Positions 20,301 to 28,727 of a DNA stretch of 64,000 nt are shown piece by piece. A program made the translations under genes and the position numbers. The stretch is from an uncultured virus (IMG/VR IMGVR_UViG_3300000116_000009) (lineage: Duplodnaviria > Heunggongvirae > Uroviricota > Caudoviricetes): IMG/VR virus record IMGVR_UViG_3300000116_000009, one strand, 5' to 3'. Every line of letters begins with the position of its first letter. The stretch's first letter is position 1. A model generated the notes under the pieces. The model ran no database searches, was not told the DNA's origin, and saw only the letters and a list, made by a program, of their open reading frames with translations.

Positions 20301-20916
20301 TACTAGCATATATAATGGTTCATCTTGGTCAACAGGAGGAGCAGTTACAGTGTGTACTTATGGAAGAACTGGTTCAGGTACTGCTAATGCTGGACTTTTA
20401 ACTGGAGGAACACCAGTAAGTACCGCTACAGAAGAATATAATGGTACTTCTTGGTCAGCAGGTGGTACTGCAATTGTATCAAAAAGATATGCTGGGATGA
20501 ATGGTACACAAAATGCTTCTATTAGTTTTGGTGGTCAAAGTCCATCTACTATAGCTTGTGTAGAAGAATATGATGGTTCTAGCTGGTCAACAGGAAGCCC
20601 ACTTAATAGAAAATCAGAAGTTCCATCAGAAGGTGGAGGTCAATGTAGAGATGAGGCAATAATGATTGGAGGAGTGGATAGTGTTAGACTATCAAATGTA
20701 GAAACATATAATGGTTCAGCTTGGAATATAGCTAATTCTATACTACAACCAATTAAAAATGGTCAAACTGGAGGAACTAGTAATGCAGCATTAACATTTG
20801 GGGGTGATATATCTCCCGGAGCTGGAATAGCTTCTACTTATGCTTTAAATGTTACCAACCCAGTTAACTGTGGTTTATATTGCTTATGGAATAGCCTTAG
20901 CTACACTACTACATAA
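17347..20916 (+). CDS. Kelch-like beta-propeller repeat protein C (24 blades), probable virion fibre/adhesin
   Basis: same repeat; 4 x 6 organisation; N-terminus MASLKQTSITGSL homologous to A and B. Confidence 0.8.
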   Translation: MASLKQTSITGSLLVSGSSIIMPNLSASVDSGSGGQMWIDDSAGLELKFTQVGSYGSQNSPFTCLGAWSAGGAMSIARTNLGGAGKQNTTLAFAGATPTLSNSTEEYNGSAWSAGSNMNIARCDLGGAGSSPSSTLAFGGVVSGNSIIACTEEYNGSSWSTGGVLITARLYLSGNGEQNAALAYGGMTPTQVSCTEEYNGSAWSAGGAMPATTRNLAGAGTVSAAIAMGGVGDQDGTVLYNGSTWSSTTNMNISRQDNAAAGAGSSSSTLVFGGYNPNFCNVTEEWNGNTWALGNNLISARKDLAGAGTQREALAFGGSTPTIVACTEEYTKTLLSPFTYDAAPSSDSWSVGASLITGTRKPAGFGTQNAAVAAGGSNRVSPSVSLTCTQLYNGSTWSAGGAMIQDRCSMAGGGTQPAGFIAGGSNTPTKYSNTEEYNGSAWANGGALITARSFNIGGGTQNAGLSMGGYTPSNSTCIEEYNGTAWATAGALSTARYGAANNAGPSQTDGVVIGGYPQAAAAGTAFEIWNGTSVSTGPNVAKCTANGGGGVTDSNNITINTGAAPTSQVYNGTAWSFGASLPETMDSSASAGSGTAWGVFGGICAAPSATANVFLLYNTETNLCSTTPFQLGVWSEGTPLITAREGGGGSGTINAALLAAGATPSVSTCTEEYNGSSWSAGGALINARADLGANGTQNASLAVGGRTPSYLSSTEEYNGSTWSSSVPASNLSVARGYLSSVGTQNAALALAGYTPTTVACVEAYNGSTWSTSTALINAVFSPAAGGSQNAAFNAGGYGGGNNKTEEWNGSSWSAAAILNIARYELCGAGTPTAGLAFMGTNGAQLSCTEEYNGAAWSNAKGMSTARNRGGGAGIQNAAIAMGGRNSSPTVVSCVEEYVYADFCVGAWSAVANMNVAVRDGVGGGTQNAAIQATGANPSAASGQTQTYDGSTWTTQTSAPVNICESAGGGTQTAFFQASGFPTTPTTSIYNGSSWSTGGAVTVCTYGRTGSGTANAGLLTGGTPVSTATEEYNGTSWSAGGTAIVSKRYAGMNGTQNASISFGGQSPSTIACVEEYDGSSWSTGSPLNRKSEVPSEGGGQCRDEAIMIGGVDSVRLSNVETYNGSAWNIANSILQPIKNGQTGGTSNAALTFGGDISPGAGIASTYALNVTNPVNCGLYCLWNSLSYTTT

Positions 20917-20930
20917 AACAAATTTAATTA

Positions 20931-20938
20931 ATATTTAT
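20931..20938 (+). promoter_or_regulatory. putative late promoter core ATATTTAT
   Basis: intergenic, 26 nt before ATG 20965. Confidence 0.5.
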
Positions 20939-20964
20939 TATAAACATCAAAACCAATCAAAACA

Positions 20965-21210
20965 ATGGCTTATTACACAACACCAAATACCGGAAAAGGA
21001 TTTATTACTCACGCAGATAACGAATCATCCCACGTAGCAGGATTTCCTGGAGACGTATGGGTTACTGAAAATTCAACATGGGCTTCTAGAGTAAGTGCAG
21101 TTTCTAAAACGAAAACACAAGCACAAGCATTAGTTGATGCTGCTATCTCTGGATCATATTATCTTGAAGGAGCAAATAGTGGATCTCAAGTAGAAATTAC
21201 TCTTCCCTAA
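20965..21210 (+). CDS. small protein, possible fibre accessory/assembly factor
   Basis: 81 aa, NTGKGFITH..GFPGDVWV..KTKTQAQALVD; directly follows the fibre genes. Confidence 0.7.
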   Translation: MAYYTTPNTGKGFITHADNESSHVAGFPGDVWVTENSTWASRVSAVSKTKTQAQALVDAAISGSYYLEGANSGSQVEITLP

Positions 21211-21216
21211 AAATAA

Positions 21217-21248
21217 TTAGGTTACCACAAGGTAATTTATTATATTGA
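21217..21248 (+). promoter_or_regulatory. early/middle promoter with hairpin spacer
   Basis: TTAGG-N19-TATATTGA; TTACC-ACAA-GGTAA in the spacer. Confidence 0.62.
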
Positions 21249-21281
21249 ATCAAATAAATAAATACAAAGTTACATTACATT

Positions 21282-21986
21282 ATGGCAGAAAATAAAGAAA
21301 CAAGAGATTTAGCTATCACTGATGATCTTAAACCAATTCTTTCGGTTTTAAAACAGGAAGACGCACAAGCAATAGTTGCTTTAAAAGAAGAGTTAACAGA
21401 CACTTGGACTAAAAAGCAAATATTTCGTACAGAAACTGAAATGAGAATTTCAGTACTTAACGATGGTAAGCATCCAACACAAGCCTCTAAATACTGGCAA
21501 TCAGTGAGAGAACAAAACGCAATGTTTGAAGCTCTTATGGGATTGTCTTTTGATCTTAGAAAGAGTAATGTTAAGAGATTAAAATTAGAACGTAAATTAC
21601 AAGCTGCTATTGATAGTGGAGATGATCTAAAACAAATGTCAATTCAAATTGATTTAGATGAAAATTTGTATGGAAAAGCTAATATGGAACAAACGGCACA
21701 TGATCGTGTTCGTGAATTAAATACTTGGTCACAAATTAAATCAGAATTAAAAGATGGATCATTTGATGATGAAAATGTTAATTCTCATCAAGCAGAATCT
21801 TACAAATTAGCTTTAACTAATAGAGTAAAATCATTAGGACCAAATGCTGGACCTGCTGAAGTAGTAAACGCTGTAGGGCCATTACAAACTATTGAGCGTT
21901 TAAAAACACAAGATGGTAAGTTACTTGATTTTAAAGAAGCTAAACTACAATTAACTCAAGGTAAACCTGAACAGCCACAACAGTAA
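21282..21986 (+). CDS. coiled-coil protein, possible fibre chaperone
   Basis: alpha-helical heptads; KQIFRTETEMRISVLND..PT.ASKYWQSVREQ. Confidence 0.7.
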   Translation: MAENKETRDLAITDDLKPILSVLKQEDAQAIVALKEELTDTWTKKQIFRTETEMRISVLNDGKHPTQASKYWQSVREQNAMFEALMGLSFDLRKSNVKRLKLERKLQAAIDSGDDLKQMSIQIDLDENLYGKANMEQTAHDRVRELNTWSQIKSELKDGSFDDENVNSHQAESYKLALTNRVKSLGPNAGPAEVVNAVGPLQTIERLKTQDGKLLDFKEAKLQLTQGKPEQPQQ

Positions 21987-21989
21987 CCT

Positions 21990-22604
21990 ATGTTTATTTA
22001 TCGTAAAGAAGGTGCATTGTCACCTCAGTTGTGTAATTCCTTTATAAAGGCATTTGAATCATCAGACGAAAAACAACCTGGTGTTTTATATGGTCCTGAA
22101 GGACATACTTCAACAGGCGGTAAAACTTCAACTGATTTAACATTCAACCCCGGATATCTAGAACATGATGTTTGGGGTCCCTTATTGCAACAATTAATTC
22201 CAATTGTAGAAAAGGCACAAGATGATTATACTGTAAGACATATAACTACTATGGAAAAAATGGATCCTTTTAGAATCCATACAGCCTTTAACTTACAACG
22301 TTATAATCCTGGTGAAGGTTTTACAGGTTGGCATTGTGAAAGAGCAGGTTTAAAACATTCAAGTCGTATTCTGGTGTGGATGGTTTATTTAAATACTCTA
22401 ACTGATAGAGGTGAAACCGAATTCTTTTACCAAAATCATTTTGAAGAACCTAAAGAAGGTAAATTAGTTATATGGCCTTCGGATTGGACGCACTTACATA
22501 GAGGTGTGCCTTCATTAACTCAAACAAAATATATTTTAACAGGATGGTGTTCACATTATCCAAATGAAAACCAAAAAGAAGATGTTTCCACTAAAACCTT
22601 ATAA
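21990..22604 (+). CDS. 2OG-Fe(II) oxygenase, prolyl-4-hydroxylase-like
   Basis: QRYNPGEGF..WHCE..R.LVWMVYLN..GETEF..THLHRG..KYILTGW. Confidence 0.85.
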   Translation: MFIYRKEGALSPQLCNSFIKAFESSDEKQPGVLYGPEGHTSTGGKTSTDLTFNPGYLEHDVWGPLLQQLIPIVEKAQDDYTVRHITTMEKMDPFRIHTAFNLQRYNPGEGFTGWHCERAGLKHSSRILVWMVYLNTLTDRGETEFFYQNHFEEPKEGKLVIWPSDWTHLHRGVPSLTQTKYILTGWCSHYPNENQKEDVSTKTL

Positions 22605-23193
22605 CGATTTTAAGCCGCAGTCGAATTGGAATACTTTTTATTATTATAAAAATGTGTTTAACGATCAAATGATTAATAATTTAACCCAAATGGTTGAATC
22701 AAATTATGAATTTTCTAAAGGTAAAACTGGAGTTGAAGAATTAGGTAACAGTACGGATTCATATGAGACTAATAATAGAGATATTGCTTACATTAATCCT
22801 GAACCACATTCAAAATGGCTTTATGATACTTTATTTCCACTTGCTTTAGAAGCAAATGAAAAAGTATTCCATTTTGATATTGATATTGTTACTGATCCTA
22901 TTCATTATGTTATATACCCAGAAGATGGAGGTCATTTAGATTGGCATATGGATATTGGTGCCATGGGAGTTAATAAACGCAAATTAGCAATGACAGTTCA
23001 ACTATCAGATCCTTCAGAATATGAGGGAGGTGATTTTGAAATATGGTTTGGAGGTAAAGAAGCACAAATTGTTCCAAGAGAAAAAGGTGACGTAATTATA
23101 TTTCCTGCTTTTTGTATGCATAGAGTAAGACCAATAACTCGAGGCCAAAGAAAATGTTTAGTATTTTGGACTGGAGGAAGACCATTAAGATAA
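22582..23193 (+). CDS. 2OG-Fe(II) oxygenase, PKHD/P4H-type
   Basis: WHMD..RKLAMTVQLSDPSEYEGGDF..HRVRPITRG.RKCLVFW (ORF track start 22564). Confidence 0.88.
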   Translation: MFPLKPYNDFKPQSNWNTFYYYKNVFNDQMINNLTQMVESNYEFSKGKTGVEELGNSTDSYETNNRDIAYINPEPHSKWLYDTLFPLALEANEKVFHFDIDIVTDPIHYVIYPEDGGHLDWHMDIGAMGVNKRKLAMTVQLSDPSEYEGGDFEIWFGGKEAQIVPREKGDVIIFPAFCMHRVRPITRGQRKCLVFWTGGRPLR

Positions 23194-23194
23194 T

Positions 23195-23788
23195 ATGTTA
23201 GAATTTAATTCAAAAGAAACACATTTATTCACAACTCCTGTTTGGGAGATGATGATTAAAAACGTTGATAACTATGCTATTAAACAATATGCTTTAGGAT
23301 TAAGAACTAAATATCCTGGAGCTAATATTTCTAATAGAGGTGGATGGCACAGTCAAGAATTAGACGTTCCTTTACCACCTGCCTTAGACGAATTAATAAA
23401 TGATTTAACAATGTTTGTTAATGATTATTGTGCTCCTATAACTGGGATTAACGATTTAATGCTAGGCAATTGGTGGATCAACATAAATGGCAAACACAAT
23501 TACAACGCGGAGCATGATCACCAAAATGCCATACTTTCTGCGGTATATTATATAGAGGTACTAGCAGATAATACAGGAAATTTAGTAGTACATAGAGATG
23601 ATTCTTCAAGATATTATTTAGGAAAATATAAAAAAAATAATACTTCCTTCTCACAACAGCTGTATATTACACCACCCACTACAGGTAAAGCAGTTATATT
23701 CCCTGCTTGGACTAAACATTCAGTAGAACAAAATAACAGTGAAACAGAACGTATTTCTGTTGCATTTAATTTTGTAGAGCCAGACTAA
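23195..23788 (+). CDS. 2OG-Fe(II) oxygenase, TIGR02466/2OG-FeII_Oxy_5-type
   Basis: SNRGGWHS, WININ..HDH..LSAVYY, FPAWTKHSV, RISVAFN. Confidence 0.85.
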   Translation: MLEFNSKETHLFTTPVWEMMIKNVDNYAIKQYALGLRTKYPGANISNRGGWHSQELDVPLPPALDELINDLTMFVNDYCAPITGINDLMLGNWWININGKHNYNAEHDHQNAILSAVYYIEVLADNTGNLVVHRDDSSRYYLGKYKKNNTSFSQQLYITPPTTGKAVIFPAWTKHSVEQNNSETERISVAFNFVEPD

Positions 23789-23808
23789 GTTATTATATTG
23801 AACAGGTT

Positions 23809-24462
23809 ATGATAGAAAATCCAGACGCACAAGTATTTAATTTATTTCCAACAGCTTTATATGTTACAAATTATAGAGCGGATACATCTGTATTTACAGA
23901 TTATTTTGATTCACAAGAAATGGAAGAACCCACAGGTGGTTATGGGGTTATTTCTAAAAATTCATATATAGTAGATGATCCTATATGTAAACCATTGACA
24001 GATTTCTTCATGCGTTGTTTTGAAGATTATGCTACTAATATAATGCGTTGGAAATATGATGAACTACAATTTTCCCAATCATGGTTGACATATAAAGAAC
24101 CAGGTCAATTTCATAAAGCACATTCTCACCCTAATACATTATTGGCTGGTGTTTTTTATTATGATTTTCAATCTGACGATTCCGCTTTATGTTTTTCACA
24201 AGAAGTAAGAGGAATAAATAGATCATATTTAGAACCTTCTTTATTAGATGATCATCAAGAACATCCTTATTCTCAAGAAGAAATATATTTTACCCCTAAA
24301 CAAAATGATTTTATTATATTCCCCTCATATATGATGCATGGAGTACCACCTAATAAAACAAATAGAACACGTAAAGCATTAGGTGTTAATGCATTAACTA
24401 AAGGTACATTAGGAGACCAAAAAACAATAAGTGAAATAATATTTGGAAGATATGCAAAATAA
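23809..24462 (+). CDS. 2OG-Fe(II) oxygenase, TIGR02466-type
   Basis: LFPT, QSW..PGQFH..HSHPN..GVFYY, FPSYMMHGVP, RKALGVN. Confidence 0.85.
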   Translation: MIENPDAQVFNLFPTALYVTNYRADTSVFTDYFDSQEMEEPTGGYGVISKNSYIVDDPICKPLTDFFMRCFEDYATNIMRWKYDELQFSQSWLTYKEPGQFHKAHSHPNTLLAGVFYYDFQSDDSALCFSQEVRGINRSYLEPSLLDDHQEHPYSQEEIYFTPKQNDFIIFPSYMMHGVPPNKTNRTRKALGVNALTKGTLGDQKTISEIIFGRYAK

Positions 24463-25108
24463 TATACCACAAGTTTTAGAATTATTCGCAACCCCTGTTT
24501 ATGTAACACAGATGCCGGATAGTATAGCAAGCATTATACCTTTTTTAGATGCTCAAACCCCTAATTCAGGTAGTGATGAGGCTAATTATGGAGAACGTTC
24601 AGAAAATAGTTATATTTTAAACGAACCTGAATGTGCTAGTGTAAAAAAATATTTATTAAACCAAGTAAACGATTACGCAAGTAATACTTTACTGTATGAT
24701 TATGATTCTTATAATTTATCACAATCATGGGTTTCTAGAAAACAACCAGGACAACATCATTCAATGCATACCCATCCTAATAGTTTAATCTCAGGAGTAT
24801 TTTATTATGGTGAACCTTCACCTAAAACTCCTGCTATTAAATTTCATAAGATGACAGGTGGTTTTAATGTATCTTATATACAACCTGATGTTAAAGCAGA
24901 TAAACGTCCAAGTAAGTTTGCATGGAACGAGTTTGCAGTAGAATTCAATCCAGGAATGTTATTACTATTCCCTTCTTATTTATTTCATTCTGTACCTATA
25001 AATGAAAGTGATAAAGTAAGAAGCAGTGTAGCTTTTAATGTGGTATCAGGAGGTAATTTAGGAAGTGAAAAAAATCTAACAGAATTAAGATACGATAAAG
25101 TTAAATAA
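24452..25108 (+). CDS. 2OG-Fe(II) oxygenase, TIGR02466-type
   Basis: LFATP, QSW..PGQHH..HTHPN..SGVFYY, FPSYLFHSVP, RSSVAFN; paralogue of the previous gene. Confidence 0.85.
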   Translation: MQNNIPQVLELFATPVYVTQMPDSIASIIPFLDAQTPNSGSDEANYGERSENSYILNEPECASVKKYLLNQVNDYASNTLLYDYDSYNLSQSWVSRKQPGQHHSMHTHPNSLISGVFYYGEPSPKTPAIKFHKMTGGFNVSYIQPDVKADKRPSKFAWNEFAVEFNPGMLLLFPSYLFHSVPINESDKVRSSVAFNVVSGGNLGSEKNLTELRYDKVK

Positions 25109-25995
25109 TGCAGAAAACAGATAAATATGTAATTTGGCACATTCAAGGGGGATTAGGTAAAAATATTGCAGGTACATCTTTATGTGCTTCTATAAAACAA
25201 AAATACCCTGATCGAAAATTAATAATGGTTGTATCTCATCCTGAAGCATTTTTATCAAATCCTCATATAGACAGGGTTTATGCTTTAGGAACTGCTCCAT
25301 ATTTTTATGAAGATTATATTGAAGGTAAAGATGTAATAATTTTTAAACATGAACCTTATGATCAAACAGCTCATATAACTAAAAAGAAACATTTAATTAA
25401 TAATTGGTGTGATTTAATGGATGTTGATTACAAACAACAACAACCTTCATTGTTTCCTAACTATTCCCAAAAAATGACTATTGGATTATGGCAAAGACCA
25501 AAACCAATTATGGTTCTTCAAACTGGAGGTGGGCCAATGCAAGGTCAAAGGTTTAGTTATTCTTGGACTAGAGATATGCCAATTGAAGTAGCACAAGAAA
25601 TTGTAAAACAATATTCACAACAATATCATATTATTCAAATAACTAGACCTGATGGTTATCCGTTAGAGGGAGTTGAACGTGCAGACCAACCTTTATCTAA
25701 TATGGAATTATTTGCATTAATGATAACTTCCCAAAAACGTATTTTAATTGATTCTTGTTTACAACATGCTGCTGCAGCATTAGAAAGAAAATCAACAGTA
25801 TTATGGATAGGAACTTCACCAACAGTATTTGGTTATAGCATTCATAAAAATATAGTTGCTAAATTACCTAAAAAAGCAAATCAATTAATCGGTAGTTATT
25901 TATTTGATTATCAATTTGAGAATAATATGCACGAATGTCCTTATATGGATGTAAAAGATATATTTAATATAGACGAAATACTAAAAAACATATAA
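25108..25995 (+). CDS. glycosyltransferase, GT9/heptosyltransferase-like (GT-B)
   Basis: GGLGKNI..IKQKYPDRKL..NPHID and IDSCLQHAAAAL..STVLWIGTSP..FGY. Confidence 0.75.
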   Translation: MQKTDKYVIWHIQGGLGKNIAGTSLCASIKQKYPDRKLIMVVSHPEAFLSNPHIDRVYALGTAPYFYEDYIEGKDVIIFKHEPYDQTAHITKKKHLINNWCDLMDVDYKQQQPSLFPNYSQKMTIGLWQRPKPIMVLQTGGGPMQGQRFSYSWTRDMPIEVAQEIVKQYSQQYHIIQITRPDGYPLEGVERADQPLSNMELFALMITSQKRILIDSCLQHAAAALERKSTVLWIGTSPTVFGYSIHKNIVAKLPKKANQLIGSYLFDYQFENNMHECPYMDVKDIFNIDEILKNI

Positions 25996-27699
25996 ATGAG
26001 TTATAATATATTAGGAATAAATCCGGGACATAATGGTTCGGCTTGTTTAGTAGCTGATGGTGAATTAGTTTATTATTTAGAAGAAGAACGTTTATCACGT
26101 TTTAAATATGATGGTAACCCATTTAAAACAATGATAGACATAATGTCTAGATATCCTGTAAATGAATTAGTAATAGTAGGTACTCATCCTGATCACCCAA
26201 CATTAGGATGGACAGGTGAAGATGTATTTACAGGGTTAGTAAGAAAATACAACCCCCAAGTAAAAACTACAATATTAGGTCATGAACACCATTTAACACA
26301 TGCTGCATGTGCATTTTACAATTCAGGATTTAAAAAGGCTGTAGCTGTAATAGTAGATGGAGCGGGTACTTATAAAGATGTTAAAATGAATGAAGAGGGT
26401 TCTTTAACAGCTAAAGGTTGTGAAACAGAATCTGTTTGGACTTGTGAATACCCATCTAATTTTTCTGTAATACATAAAGTGTTTGGAGATAATACTCAAA
26501 ACAGAATGGTAAATAGTAAATTTGATGTGGGTAATTCGGTTACAATTGTTAAAGCTTATGAAGCCGTAACTAATTATTTAGGTTTCTCGTTTCTAGAAGC
26601 AGGTAAAACAATGGGATTATCGTCTTATGGTAAAGAAAACAATAATATACCTCAATTATTTAAAGATAATAGAGCATCTAAAGACATTTTCATACCAGAT
26701 TACCCAAGAGGTGCTTATATAGATAGTGCTGCTAACCCTATTTTCCAACAAAATAGAGACCCAAAAATATTCCATCATAATTTTAATGAAGTGTTAGATA
26801 TAGAAAAGGATTTAGCATATAAAATTCAAAAGGAAACACAAGAAAAAGTAGGTGATTTAATTGAACAAGCAATAAATGTAACTAAGATAAATCAAGTTGT
26901 GTTAGCAGGTGGTTATGGTTTAAATTGTGTTGCTAATTATTATTTACAAAAACGTTTTCCAAACGTAGAAATATATTGTGAACCTATTTCACATGATGGT
27001 GGTACTGCTATCGGAGGTGCTAAATTAACTTGGCATGGAAATAATAAGGACAAAACGATTAGAAAACAAACATCGCTGTATTATGGGCCAAAATATGATG
27101 AAAATCAAATAAGATCAACGGTAAAACAACATGAAAATAAATATAATGTATACGTAGGCAATGCTAAAAGCGTAGCGGAATTATTAAGTGAAAATAATAT
27201 AGTAGCTATGTATCAAGGTTCAAGTGAAGCGGGTCCAAGAGCATTAGGTAATAGAAGTATTTTATATAACCCAACAGATCCTAATGGAAAAGATTTTGTA
27301 AATGAGGTTAAAGGTCGTGAATGGTTTAGACCGTTTGCTGGTACAGTATTAGAGGAAAATGCTAATGAATATTTTGACTTTGCAGGTATGAAAGGTTCAC
27401 CATCTATGATGTATGCTGTAGATGTTTTACCTAATAAACAAGACCAAATAAAAGCTATAACACACGTTGATGGCACTTGCAGAATACAAACAGTAAATCA
27501 AAATCAAAACAAAAACTATTACAATCTAATAAAGGAATTTAATAATATAACAGGTGTTCCTATTTTATTTAATACCTCATTTAATTTAGCAGGTCAACCA
27601 TTAGTTGAAACTATTGATGATGCATTACAAACACTTGATAATAGTGATATAAAATATCTATATCTACCAGAAATAGAAATTATATTAGAGAAAAAATGA
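25996..27699 (+). CDS. O-carbamoyltransferase, NodU/CmcH/TobZ family
   Basis: HNGSA, EEERLSR.K, HHLTHA, DGAG, GKTMGL, GPRALGNRSIL, KGREWFRPFA, HVDGTCRIQTV, NTSFN. Confidence 0.93.
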   Translation: MSYNILGINPGHNGSACLVADGELVYYLEEERLSRFKYDGNPFKTMIDIMSRYPVNELVIVGTHPDHPTLGWTGEDVFTGLVRKYNPQVKTTILGHEHHLTHAACAFYNSGFKKAVAVIVDGAGTYKDVKMNEEGSLTAKGCETESVWTCEYPSNFSVIHKVFGDNTQNRMVNSKFDVGNSVTIVKAYEAVTNYLGFSFLEAGKTMGLSSYGKENNNIPQLFKDNRASKDIFIPDYPRGAYIDSAANPIFQQNRDPKIFHHNFNEVLDIEKDLAYKIQKETQEKVGDLIEQAINVTKINQVVLAGGYGLNCVANYYLQKRFPNVEIYCEPISHDGGTAIGGAKLTWHGNNKDKTIRKQTSLYYGPKYDENQIRSTVKQHENKYNVYVGNAKSVAELLSENNIVAMYQGSSEAGPRALGNRSILYNPTDPNGKDFVNEVKGREWFRPFAGTVLEENANEYFDFAGMKGSPSMMYAVDVLPNKQDQIKAITHVDGTCRIQTVNQNQNKNYYNLIKEFNNITGVPILFNTSFNLAGQPLVETIDDALQTLDNSDIKYLYLPEIEIILEKK

Positions 27700-27953
27700 A
27701 ATTTAGTTATAAATCATTAAAAAAGTTTTTATCTTATAGAAGAAAATTATCTTCATATGAAAAATTTGCTTCAAGAATAGGTTACATGGGAGCTGGATTT
27801 CTTATTGCAGCCCAATGGACTATAGAACCCTTATTATATATTATAGGGTTTATTTGTATTTTAATTCAAACTTCATCTAGAAAACAATGGAATTTAGTAG
27901 CTCTTAATATAAATGGGTTGGTAGCTTGGATAAAACATTTATTAACTATATAG
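27696..27953 (+). CDS. small membrane protein
   Basis: hydrophobic segments; QWNLVALNING. Confidence 0.7.
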   Translation: MKFSYKSLKKFLSYRRKLSSYEKFASRIGYMGAGFLIAAQWTIEPLLYIIGFICILIQTSSRKQWNLVALNINGLVAWIKHLLTI

Positions 27954-27962
27954 ATAAAATTA

Positions 27963-28553
27963 ATGAAAAAGAATTTTAAACATTTAGTAGTAATTGGCCA
28001 TCCCGATCAAAAATCATTTTGTTATAATGGAATATTTAAAACTATTGTTAGACAATTAAAAAAGAATAAAGAGATTTTTGAGGTTATAGATGTTTATGAG
28101 GATAAATTACATAGAAATAGAGATGAATTAATTAAAGAATATAAGAAATTAATTACTTGGTCAACACACATATATTTTGTATCACCAGTTTGGTGGTTTA
28201 GACTTACTCCTAAAATGGAAACCTTCTTTGATGAGGTACTAACACCAGGATTTGCCTATAACTTTGTACATGTAGTTGGAAAATATGCCTTTCCTAAACC
28301 AAAGTTAAGTGATAAGAAAGTTAGAACCTATATTACACATGGAGCACCAATGTTACCTGTTGTTACGTTATATCTTAATTCAGTTAAGCTAAGATTAGTA
28401 ATGGGAGTATACACATTTGTATTTGGATGGAATTTAAATAGATGGAGAAAAACTAAACAATTCTGGTCAGTTCCATTTGTAGATGCAAAGAAAAGAGCAA
28501 AATATTTATCAACAGTAAAGAAAGATATTAGAAGAGATTTAGAATTAAAATAA
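27963..28553 (+). CDS. flavodoxin-fold NAD(P)H dehydrogenase (quinone), Flavodoxin_2-like
   Basis: VVIGHP..KSF, FVSPVWWF..P.M..FFDEVLTPGFAY. Confidence 0.8.
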   Translation: MKKNFKHLVVIGHPDQKSFCYNGIFKTIVRQLKKNKEIFEVIDVYEDKLHRNRDELIKEYKKLITWSTHIYFVSPVWWFRLTPKMETFFDEVLTPGFAYNFVHVVGKYAFPKPKLSDKKVRTYITHGAPMLPVVTLYLNSVKLRLVMGVYTFVFGWNLNRWRKTKQFWSVPFVDAKKRAKYLSTVKKDIRRDLELK

Positions 28554-28571
28554 CAGCTAAAAAAACAAAAT

Positions 28572-28727
28572 ATGAAATATTTAACTCCAGAAATAGAGGC
28601 TTTATCTAAAAATTTTGATGTTTCTAAATCACTTGTCAAAAGAAATATATCTTGTGGTATTTTTCAAGATTGCGGTGAGGATACATATAAAATACATAAG
28701 GATACATCAAACGATTTAAAATTATGA
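28572..28727 (+). CDS. small hypothetical protein (51 aa, not in ORF track)
   Basis: A-rich leader; ATGA overlap with ORF 28724. Confidence 0.5.
   Translation: MKYLTPEIEALSKNFDVSKSLVKRNISCGIFQDCGEDTYKIHKDTSNDLKL

Noticed and set aside
12240..20401. Long minus-strand and alternate-frame ORFs inside the three repeat genes (e.g. 12240-12971, 13635-13949, 16072-16443)
   Set aside because: Antisense shadows of Gly/Ala/Thr-rich repeats, which lack reverse-strand stops; no independent starts or promoters.
23770..23801. Fourteenth early promoter (TTTG-N19-TATATTGA before ORF 23809)
   Set aside because: Upstream box is offset by one base relative to the other 13 and lies within a coding region; plausible but not counted.
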